The position numbers and the translations under genes are program-made. Shown in pieces: positions 49,771 to 60,373 of a stretch of 64,000 nucleotides of DNA. Position 1 is the stretch's first letter. The number at the start of each line of letters is the position of its first letter. This stretch comes from Azolla caroliniana (Eukaryota; Plantae; Polypodiophyta): positions 8,122,001-8,186,000 of the forward strand of contig JBHGNT010000001.1 in assembly GCA_043228905.1 (NCBI GenBank), written 5' to 3'. Under the pieces are notes generated by a model. That model had not been told where the DNA came from, made no database searches, and saw only the letters and a list, made by a program, of their open reading frames with translations.

Positions 49771-50908
49771 CTACACCTCTCCAAAAGTTCTATGCAGAAA
49801 TATAAGATTTTGAAATGCCGAATCTAAACTGCACCAAACCAAACCACATGGCCAACCAACAAATTCTTAACTTTGGCCTTTGGATATTCAAATAGTGTTG
49901 GGGCCAAGACATTTGCCTTATATATAATATGACTTGTCAAACTTAATATTGAAGAGAAAGAGAATGCAATTTCATTATCAATGAATGATTCATACACATT
50001 TTGTTTATTAGAAATGGTATCCTTTTCTATGCCTCTTGGGCCAACCACAAAATTCTATTCATCGTCATAGATTATGAGAACGAGGAATATTGGATTAAGA
50101 ATTAAATATAGATGCTAGTTAACTACCCAGTGGGGTCCTTCTACACATTTGATCTCTATCAATTGGTGACTGCCTACCCTGACTTATTATAATATTTGAT
50201 ACTCTAATGATGAGTAACTATGGGATAAATCTTGCTGCAGAAATATTGCCTCCACCAAGTTACCCTATCATACCCACATGACAAACGCAAACATATTCGG
50301 GGTCAAGAGTACATTTTGCAAAGAAAATATCACACCCTTAACCTTGACATCCAAGGAGAGACAGTAGCACTAAAAGTACAAATTTAAATGAAAATCCTTG
50401 TGTCCTCCCTAACTTGAAGAGAGACAAAGGCAAAAGCACATCAATGTAACCGAAGTAGAATGTCTCACTTTTTGTCTCATACCAAGGTCTTCTTCAGTTT
50501 TAATTATCTAAACTAGAGTTCTCTCTCGTTAAGTTATTAACTCTAAGCCTTGTCTATTATTAGCATTCTGATTGATTGAAGAGTCTTGAGCATTTTTTTT
50601 ATGTTGTTTAAGAGTGTCGAATGAGTCTTTGATTAAGTGTATGTGCATCTTATTAAGTTTATTTTGCAAGAGAGTGGGGAAATTTGTTAAGATAATTGCC
50701 ATGATCTTGAGCAATTGAAGAATGATTGACAACTATCTTACCTATCTCGTCGAGAATAGAGTATACTTGATTCTACTAGTCTGCCATGCTCATTGCTAAT
50801 TGTAAAAAAACAATGACATAAATTACTAGATTTAGCGTATACATATGGAGAAATGGAAAGATAGGGTTTTTTTTAATTAGGGGAATAGGCCTTTGTGCAA
50901 GAATCAAT

Positions 50909-52050
50909 TGTCATGAGCCACATAGGAGTTGAGGCTATTGAGGGGAATGAAAATATGGATAAAGTGACGGGAGCATTACCCTAAGCTCCATCACTCCTAG
51001 GCTACTTCAATATAAACACCATGTATAACCAATATGAGGTAGAGAGAATATAATTGTTGTTTTATCCTCAACACTATGCCAAGCTCTCCAATGTTCACTA
51101 ATCTTGAGTGTCCAAATACAACTAAGAAACATTTTCCTCCCTTGCTTGTTTCATAATCAACCCCCACTCCCACTAATAGGATGTCTAGTGCAAGAGAATG
51201 TAACCTTATGGGTGATTGCAATAGAATCCCCATCATCATTCTTGTCCTTTACAACCCATTATAACACACTCGCTAATATAAAGATTGATTCTAATACTCA
51301 TTGAAGCTCCAAAAGCTTTGGCTAAAGTGTTATGGATCAACATTCTCTATCATTTATCAATGGAGGTGAAGTCCAGGCTAGTGAAGGTGGCATAATTCTC
51401 TATAATGTAATTGTTGGTTAGGAACATGGGCACAAAATTTTCATTGTTCTTGACATCTTGTTCACATAATTTACAAAATCTTTTGGCTTAAGCATGCAAA
51501 ATGGATATGGATGTAACGTTCATTCATGAGCCACGTAGCAGTAAGGGGAATGAAAGTACAAATCATGTGATGGAGGCATGATCTCCCCTCCTATATAACC
51601 ACCATGTTTAATTTGAGGGAGTGATGGAAATAGAGTTTATGTTTTGTTGTTGAGAATTGTGTTGAGTCACCACAACATATTATTATAAACAAATATTGAA
51701 TGTCCAATTGCGATTAAGGAGCACCTTCCTTTCCCATTCCTAATAAATTCTTGCTCCCACTAGTAGGAAGTTTAGTTGACCAAATTTTAGCTTGATCGTT
51801 GGTTGGACTAAAATCCCCATGATTACCATGCTCCTTAACATCCCACAATAACACACAAGTAGAAGTTACACACTAATATAAGGGGTGATTCCCAAAGCTT
51901 TTGGAACCTCAAGTAAACTTTGGCCAATGTGTGGTGGATCAACATTCTCCATCATTTGTCAATTGGTGGTGAAGTCCATAGAGAGAAGAATCATCCGATG
52001 CGCTTGTTAGTTAGGAACTTGCATAATTCTCTAGTTGGTGGGAGGAAACT
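50909..52050. mobile_element. Two adjacent diverged ~550-bp direct repeats, LTR-like
   Basis: tcatgagccac...aggggaatgaaa...tggatcaacattctc.atcattt.tcaat...ggtgaagtcca at 50909-51455 and ~51525-52050. The first copy is bounded by TGTCA...TGACA; no TSD seen. Confidence 0.55.
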
Positions 52051-52558
52051 TTGAGCTGTGTCACTATTGCTTTGTGCAAGATATGAAGCATGTAGATGTT
52101 GCATACTAGGTCATAATTGTGCGAATTTGTCCCATAATATAAAGTACAGGACTGGCATCGAAGGTGGGAAAGCTCCCAGGCTCCCAACGTGGCCAATTTG
52201 GGCACACATTTGTTAATGGAGGCGTGTCCATAGATAATCAAACAATGTACCGAGATGAATGTGCGGCGAGGGCATTGAGATGTGTCATCAATACATGTGT
52301 TAGTAATGGCTGAGGGCATTGAGATGTGTCAGTAGTAGGATCAATACATGTGTTAGTAGTGGGATCGAAGCACATATCGATCCGGATAAGTGTATAGATG
52401 GCGGAATCGGAGCACATGCTTCATGGATATGTGAAGAGCCATTGGGCAACTGCAACATATGTATGTATGTATATAAAAGTGGTGTCAATTTTGGCACTGT
52501 CAATCAGTCAAAACAAAAGAAGAAGTCTGGGTTCGATTCTCGATTTCCATGACTCAGT

Positions 52559-53392
52559 TCATGTCAGTAAACCATATGATATGGATGACATGACTCGATC
52601 CCTCCGCTCTGCCGGCCATCTGCTGCTGGCTTTCGTAAGAGTTGGAACAGCAGGAAGGATTTGATCACGCAGCCTGAAGACCTCTTCCTCGGCATCCATG
52701 TGGTGCAGGATCAGATGGACACCTCCTGCGTCCCCCTGCGTGCAACTGGAGGAGTGGGACAAGATCTCTTGGATGGCATCCAGATCTGGTCGCCACGAGT
52801 TGCTGCGACTGATGAGGTGCTCGATGTATCGCGAGACAGCCTCCGGATCGGAGTCGCAGACAATCTTACTGTAGGTAGTAGTAGTAGCAGTAGTAGTAGT
52901 AGTAGTAGTAGTGAAGAACATGGTAGGGAGGGAGGGCACGATCCGGTTACTCTTCATAATCCTCCTCCACCAGTGCTCTTCCTTCGCCACTTTTTTTGGC
53001 GGCTGCGGCATCGGCATGTGCTTGTCCAGGAGGAGGAGCAGGGAAGCAGCAAACGAGCAGGACGAAGGAATGATGCGTTTCTGGAAGGCGGAGAGCGGGA
53101 GGAGGAGGTAGAGATGGCCGGGGGCGAGAAGTGCAGAGGGGCGGAGGGGGCATGGCCGCTTCCCCACGCGGATGGATGCAGAATCGCAGAGCAGGAAATC
53201 GGGGCATTTGTGATGGAGTCGGAGGAGGAATTCAGAGACAGGGATGGGCGAGGGGATGTCTTGGATGGTGCCACCATGGGCCATGTCCAGCACTCTGATT
53301 CTCCGAAGCTCCTTCAATGTCAAGGCAGTGGTGGAGGTGGGAGAAGAAGCAGAAGAAGAAGAAGAAGAAGAAGAAAAGAAGTTTAGCCCCAT
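52559..53392 (-). CDS. PADRE/DUF4228 family protein (277 aa from ATG 53392)
   Basis: MGLNFFSSSS, same core, SWRPDLDAIQE, PTLTKASSRWPAERRDRVMSSI. The track start at 53419 is non-ATG. Confidence 0.85.
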   Translation of the reverse strand: MGLNFFSSSSSSSSASSPTSTTALTLKELRRIRVLDMAHGGTIQDIPSPIPVSEFLLRLHHKCPDFLLCDSASIRVGKRPCPLRPSALLAPGHLYLLLPLSAFQKRIIPSSCSFAASLLLLLDKHMPMPQPPKKVAKEEHWWRRIMKSNRIVPSLPTMFFTTTTTTTTATTTTYSKIVCDSDPEAVSRYIEHLISRSNSWRPDLDAIQEILSHSSSCTQGDAGGVHLILHHMDAEEEVFRLRDQILPAVPTLTKASSRWPAERRDRVMSSISYGLLT

Positions 53393-54039
53393 GGCTCCTC
53401 CTTGTGATCTCTTTTTCACACTAAAAAGAGTAGAGGATAATAAGGAAAGGCTTAGTAGGTACTTGGGGGGCTTAACACAGATAATATGTCTTTTCCTCTT
53501 GTGGACTCCCCCCCCCCTAGTGTCTCGTCGGTAAGTCTTTATCTTGTCTGTGTGTCTCGTGACTCTACTACTCTGGAATGCTCACCTCCCAGTGTCACGA
53601 CACCTTCGACCCCTCCCAACCCTTTTATAATCCCCTCACCATTTCTTCCCCACCCGTGTTAACCCCATCTCTTAACTCGATGTTGTTGTTGTCATGACTC
53701 ATACCCATGACATCCCGTCTTGCCCCTAAACACAATGTTATGTCAATTCATTCAACTTTGTCGTACTTGCTTGTCATAAACATATGCTGCCCCAAGCTTT
53801 TCGTTTCTCGCTTTTATGTTAACTCGTTCATCCAACTTTGTCTCACTCACTTGCCACTTGATGTCCCACACTCTTTCTTCTCACTTTCGGCTCATTGTAG
53901 TAGGTCTACATTCAACATAATTATAGCACACTAGAGGACAATCAAATACTTTTTGCATCAATATACTAGATGACAATTGAATACTTTTTGCACCATGTGC
54001 TACATGATGATGTAATACTCTCCTTTCAGTGTTCTTCGA

Positions 54040-54207
54040 CGTGTCTCCTCACATGTTGTATGCCATATGTATGTTGTAATCCGAGATTCCTTTGCTAAAG
54101 GCCATCCTACTATCTTCTACCGCCGTGTCTCCTCACATGTTGTATGCCATATGTATGTTGTAATCCGAGATTCCTTTGCTAAAGGCCATCCTACTATCTT
54201 CTACCGC
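54040..54207. repeat. 84-bp perfect tandem duplication
   Basis: cgtgtctcctcacatgttgtatgcc...ctatcttctaccgc occurs twice. Confidence 0.9.
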
Positions 54208-55099
54208 GTTATAATAGGTTGTCCATACCAAGAAAAAATAAAAAATAAAAAACTAGTGTCATAAGGTTACCCATTCATCACCGTGAATCAACAACGGAAT
54301 TTCCAATAATCACTAAATGAGAATCCACTTCTTTTCGAACAAGTACAATATATTCAAGTTTTAAATGCTTCTTCCAAGTCGTGTTATACACACAGAGAAC
54401 CTTGAAATCAATCTGAAATTTATAGTCTTTTTGTGTAATAATCATTTATGCTTGTACCACTTGGCTCCATGTATGTAGTTGAAAACTTTCCCCTACATAA
54501 GAGCTTGTATGAATATCTTATATGATTTTTTCAACTTGAACCGTCACATTATAGCTAGCCCAAGGTGTGTAGCACATCCATAGTTTGGGACATGGTTTGG
54601 AATCCTAATTGTCAAACAGTTTCAAACCAAACCTTGCAAAAAGAAATTGAAACTTAAAATGAGCTGAACCAGAAAACATTTAAAGCAAAGCTATTTTAAC
54701 CGAACTCATTCAAACCAAAACACTTGAAGAATTTTAACCTCAAACCAAACTATTCAAGTGATGTACTAACCGCCAAGCCATTAAGATGTTCTATTTCAGC
54801 TTGGACCAAATTAATGGGAATTGTACACTCAATTTCAATTTTTCCGGAAAGCGTTATTTTTTCTAAATTTGATAGAAGACTATTTGACTTCCCATAATAC
54901 AACTCTTTGAGCTCTAATGTGTTGATTCCACACCTTCTCTCATGGTGAGAGATTCCACCATAGGCTCCATCCAAGCCTCGAGCTAACTTTTTGAGTTCTT
55001 TGATGCCAATATTACCAATTTCTAGGTTGGCTTCATGGTGTTATTTATGCAACTATATTCACTATTTCATTGATTTATGTTTAGTAGAACTTTTAGAGA

Positions 55100-55715
55100 G
55101 GTGTCGATAGTAAGTTCAAAACATACATCAAAATGTCAACCTTTTGAGAATTCTCTTTTGGAATGAGTACTTGCATTAACAATGAGAGAGTTGGAGAAGC
55201 AATTGAAGAATTATGTATAAATTTAATGCACAAGAAAAAGAGTTTGCTTGACGATATATAAGTATCGTTTTGGAACTAGAGACAAAGTAGCAAATATGTT
55301 CATCTACTTGTTACAAAATTAACCTCAAAATTAAACTCGTTCTTGCATATAATTAAACCATTGTCAATGTGTTTCTTCATCAATATCCCAAGCAAAACAA
55401 TATAAATATTAATGGTCAAGTTCAAGATTAGCCTTAATGGAGCTTTGACTTTTGGCCATTTTCTTCAACATTAACCTGAATGTAACTTTGACATTTAGTC
55501 TATTTATTTTTTAGCAATTCTTTTGAGCTCATGAGTATTTTTGACATGGAATATGAAAGCGGGAAAGTTTGTGTTTATTGAAGAATGATTATACAATTGA
55601 ACTTTGACAAGACTATTATGTGTAAGAACTTTTTCAATTGTTCAAATTGACAAACACATTCATTTACATATTACAAATTTATATTGATGGCCCGATGGGC
55701 AAGTTTTCACATGGA
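55100..55715 (-). repeat. Dispersed repeat R, copy 3 (inverted)
   Basis: Reverse complement aligns with 49130-49770 (shared ccatgtgaaaacttgccc and tcaaagttcaattg patches). Confidence 0.65.
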
Positions 55716-56589
55716 TTTCAAGTTAAACAATAAAATAAACAAAGAGATGTTGTGTATGTACATCAAAACTTTGAGGTAATCCGTGAAACTCGGGCACAAT
55801 CTACGAGTCCCAAAAATTTGTGACATTCATGCACTGATTATTGGAGATACCTTTTTGTCGCTTGAAAAGGGCAATGGTCACCTTTATGACAACTACCATT
55901 ATTTTCTTCTCATTGGTGTGGCCCACCTACAAGAAGACTTGATAGAAGAAGGCACTAACACAATTCCTAGCAACTTGAATGTGGGATTAAGCTGAATGTT
56001 ATATGACATATCAAACCATTTTCGAGTGATAGATACGATCGTCGATGACATAAGCTACAGAACACGGTGGTGAAGGGAAGGACCAAATATGAAATAATGC
56101 GAAAAGTAATAGATTGGCATGTAGTTTGCGACAACTGTGTTGGATGGAGTGTGGACCTGCTATGAGGAGTTCAAATGCGAGAAAGAAAAGGTGTGGGATG
56201 CATGGTGGGGGGGGGGGGGGGGTGCAAGTTGGGTGGCCTATGTACGTAAGACATATATCATCGAATGAAGGGATCGAGAGAAAGAGAGAGAACACGGAGA
56301 GACAGGCCGATTGAAAAAGGGTTGTGGGGATGCCAGAAGAAGGGATAGGAACACACACGACACATACAAACACAGAGAGAGAGAGAGAGAGAAGGGGAGA
56401 GAGAGAGAGAGAGAGAGAGAAAGAGGATCACGACTCTTAAAACTTAAAAAGACATTAGCAGTACTATTAGGCTTTAGTAGTACATAGTACTAGGCCGGAC
56501 GGACGGACGGACACAGTGTGAAAGGAGGCAACCTTTATCCTTTTCATCCTTCATATCCATCATCGTCATCATCATCATCATCATCATCC

Positions 56590-57429
56590 ATGGCTGCTGC
56601 GACCTGCTTCTCTTCTCCATCTCCATCTCCATCTCCATCTCCCTGCAGAAGCAGCAGCACCGCCACATTGACATTGAAGGAGCTTCGGAGAATCAGAGTG
56701 CTGGACATGGCCCATGGTGGCACCGTCCAAGACATCCCCTCCCCCATCCCTGTCTCCCAATTCCTCCTCCGACTCCATCGCAAATGCCCCGACTTCCTGC
56801 TCTGCGATTCTGCATCCATCGGCGTGGGGAAGCGGCCATGCCCCCTCCGCCCCTCCGCTCATCTCGCCCCCGGCCATCTCTACCTCCTACTCCCCCTCTC
56901 CGCCTTCCAGAAACCCTTCACGCCTGCCTCCTGCCCCCTCCCCCTCCCCCTCCCCCTCCTCATGGACAACAAGCACATGCCGCCTCAGCAAAAAGGCGAC
57001 GCGAGCTGCACGAGGATGAGGAAGAGAAACAGGATCGCGCCGTCTCCTGCTGCTGCCGTGTTTCCTGATCCGACCATCGCCACCACTACTAGTACTGCCT
57101 ACAGTTCTATCGTATGCGACTCGGGGCCTGATGTTGTCACGCGATACATCGAGCAGCTCATTAGTCGGAGCAACGCATGGCAGCCGGACCTGGATGCCAT
57201 CGAAGAAGAGGAGGCCTTCTTCGCCTCACACTGCACGACGCACATGCTCAGAGATGCCATCTCCCATTTTGTGCTCCTGCACAAGAAGAATGCCGTCGAA
57301 GAAGAAGCAGAAGCAGATGGCATTGCCCCAGCAGCAGCAGCAGCAGCAGGCGCTCCATGTCTTACCAAGGCAAGCAGCAGATGGTCAGTGGAGCGGCGGG
57401 ATCGTGTCATGTCAGCCATTGTTTTCTAG
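56590..57429 (+). CDS. PADRE/DUF4228 family protein (279 aa from ATG 56590), lacking Gly2
   Basis: MAAATCFSSPSPSP..., same core, AWQPDLDAIEE, LTKASSRWSVERRDRVMSAIVF. Confidence 0.85.
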   Translation: MAAATCFSSPSPSPSPSPCRSSSTATLTLKELRRIRVLDMAHGGTVQDIPSPIPVSQFLLRLHRKCPDFLLCDSASIGVGKRPCPLRPSAHLAPGHLYLLLPLSAFQKPFTPASCPLPLPLPLLMDNKHMPPQQKGDASCTRMRKRNRIAPSPAAAVFPDPTIATTTSTAYSSIVCDSGPDVVTRYIEQLISRSNAWQPDLDAIEEEEAFFASHCTTHMLRDAISHFVLLHKKNAVEEEAEADGIAPAAAAAAGAPCLTKASSRWSVERRDRVMSAIVF

Positions 57430-59130
57430 GGGATGAATGGGATGGATGGGATGGATATCATCACCATCATCATCATCATCATCATCATCATCATATGGAA
57501 GGAAAGGAACCACATACATACATATTTTAGTTAGGGGAGGGGATCAAAGTGGAGTGTTGTCCTTATGGATGAGATGGATGGTACTTTCAGTTTAGTGGCC
57601 AATTTCATGCCACTATATGTATGTACATACTTGATGCCGGATGTTCCCCCCACACGTATTCGCCGCTTCTTTGATTCTTTATGGGTAAATTGCCGTTCTC
57701 GCCAGCTATAGAGCCCAAATGTTGCTCTATATGAGTCAAGCCTGCGTTCCTTGTGGCGTTCACGTGGTTACATTAGAAAAGCTCCACAGTTATCTATTCG
57801 GTCGATATGTTCGGGGGCATTGCATGTTGGCTCCTCTTATCGATAGATCGATGCATATGAGCAATGCACATCGAGTGATACTCTCTCCACCCCTCCCTTG
57901 ATACATGCTAATTCATCAATCGAATATACAATTTGCCTAATTCTCTAATTCAATACACTTTGATGCATATGGAAAACAACGGGCTCTTTCAATACATCAA
58001 TAACCATAATGCTCAATCCTCTACCTAAGCAAATGCGTGGGTACATGCTACACATAAATCTAATAATATGTCGTAACCCTATATTCCATGTATCCACGCT
58101 CGTGAGCATTGCGTTGATACACATGTCGTGTGCTCTTATAACAAGTAAAAACACATGGAGGATGCATGGATACATACCCAATGTCGTATAGAGTACATAT
58201 ATATGTATCGAATTCCAAAATCAAGATGGAAATGCCTTATCCTTATATCTCCTATTGCAATGCTCTCACTTTTTCTTGAGCCTAGACATACCGTGTGTAT
58301 TCTTCTTTTTATACGAAAACATTCCTTGAATTCCACTTGTGGATAAGAATCTTGGACAAATTAATTAAAGAAATTCCATGTAGTTTTATTTTTTGTTTTC
58401 ATGCAAGTGGAATGCGTGTTTAAGTTTTCAATGTCACACAATGTTGAAAGGTATGGCTAGCAAACATGATTGTTTTGGACCTTTGTGTTTGTAGATGCTA
58501 CCGATGTTGGCATTTTAGAACGCAAAACATGGAAATTACAACATGACATTCACGTTATAAGCATGTGAAGATGCATGATCATTCAACTATTACTCTATAC
58601 ATGTGTTGTTTCTTAATCAATGAACATAGCGTATGAGGTTGAGACCAATATTATAAATCAAAAAAATATTGGTTGAAGTGTCAACTAGCTTTGTGAAGAC
58701 TCTTTACGATATCGTTGTAATTGCATTTTCAACTCATGTTCATGCGCTTGTTCACATAGCTAGTGATGAATTCAATTGGATTTCCCCCTCTACCAATTGG
58801 AGTCCAATTGGGTAAGGTACTTCGTGAATTTGTTGAGACCGCGAATGTATGTTGTAGATTGTGCATCAAAATATCCAACATGTCTTAAGACTGTTTTGAA
58901 AAATATGGAAGTAAGAAGTGTGGATTTGTAACTTTGTAAGTTCCGAAGAAGAGTGAACTTGGAACTTCTGAAGAAGTGGTGCATGTGTATCTCAGAGTTT
59001 TCGAACAACGGGACTTCTTAGTCATGTTCGGGACTTTGGATTTGTGTTAATGTTTATGTAATCATATTCCTTCCTTTCCTATAGGGAGTGGTGTGGGGTT
59101 GAACTTTGAAGTTCTAACTTCTAAGGCCAA

Positions 59131-59835
59131 GAAAGAAGAAAGAAAGAAAGAAAGATATATTAACGTCTTCTAAGGCCAAATTTGGCCCATGAGACAAATA
59201 GGTTACAACAAAAATGAGTGTTTATCCAATCATCAAAACTAAAATAAAAGAAAATAGCTTAAGCTAAGAAAGTTCTAGTAGTGTACAAAACTTTGCACTA
59301 AGCCTAATCTCATTTCCACCCAAGTCTCTCAAAAAGAAGTGGGAGGTCAAAAGTTTTTGGTGTGGGTGTGACCCATGGTCCCGATGCATAGAGTGCCCTA
59401 GCCATGGCTTCTAGGCGGTGTAGTTCACGTTCCCTTATTTTCTTTATTGCTTCTACATCTCGTCGAGTTGCTTTGAAACCCGACATCCGAGGGCGTTTGG
59501 TTCTTCTTTGATTTTCTGCTTCATCAAGGAGAAGTCCGAGTGGTGCAGGTGTGTCGACATTCATTGTCTCCCCCTGCTCTTGAAAAACCTTAATTTGTTA
59601 TATGTTGGTAAACATTAGCAACATTATTATCAACGTTTTGTAATTTATTCTCTCTGTGTTGTTTCAATTCTAAGATGTATCTACCTAATTTCTTTATATC
59701 TAGTGTATCTAATAGTTTAGGGATGGTGGGAGAGGAACCAAGTATGTCTTGGTATTTTACCCTTATCTCGGCATAGGTGGGGCATTTGCATGTAAAATGG
59801 TACTCATCCTCTATGTCTATGGGGCATTTGCAAGA
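59131..59835 (-). mobile_element. ~700-bp 5'-truncated non-LTR retrotransposon (copy F) with CCHC-type ORF2 C terminus
   Basis: IEDEYHFTCKCPTYAEIR zinc-knuckle-like motif, a frameshift near 59590, then GLLLDEAENQRRTKRPRMSG; 3' hairpin ggccaaatttggcc followed by ttagaagacgttaatatat(cttt)n. Confidence 0.85.
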
Positions 59836-59997
59836 GGAGGGAGGAGGGCTTTTGTGTTTGTTGTGGTCATTGGGATAATAATATGTACATACATACATAT
59901 CTTTTGTGTGTTATGTATGTGTACTTCATTTCTACTACCCAACAAAAACACAGAGATTCAAGAGAAGAAAGGTGAGAAAGTTCTCCCCGGAGTTCCC

Positions 59998-60322
59998 ATG
60001 GCTTCCTTGAGAACTCACCTCTTTGTTATCGTCGGAACCCTCGCTGGAGGATTGTATGGTTTCTATGTCGCCCATCACGCTGAGATCGCTTACAAGGTAA
60101 AAAAATGGCTTACACCTAAAAACCCTTTACCAAATCAGAGAATAGAATCCCCTTTCTTTCTTTCTTTCTTTCTTTTTCTTTCTTTCCTTCATTCCGCCTA
60201 GTTTTGTTAATGTTTCATGGCTCTGTTCGTTCTGCTTCTCCTCTCTTTTGTTTTTTTAGGAGAAAGTGAGAGTGGAAATCGAAGCTAGAGAAAGAAATCA
60301 TATTTTGGAGAACCAGGAATAA
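59998..60322 (+). CDS. Small single-pass membrane protein (53 aa)
   Basis: Exons 59998-60096 (AAG|GTAAAA) and 60260-60322 (long T tract, TAG|): MASLRTHLFVIVGTLAGGLYGFYVAHHAEIAYKEKVRVEIEARERNHILENQE*. Confidence 0.75.
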
Positions 60323-60339
60323 AGATATAAATCACCACC

Positions 60340-60373
<34 letters not shown>

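Noticed and set aside
52520-52550. tRNA or SINE suggested by B-box-like gggttcgattctc
   Set aside because: No A box or cloverleaf nearby.
46673-57530. Many long overlapping and antisense ORFs over the PADRE genes
   Set aside because: Shadow frames of GC-rich, stop-poor coding sequence with low-complexity translations.
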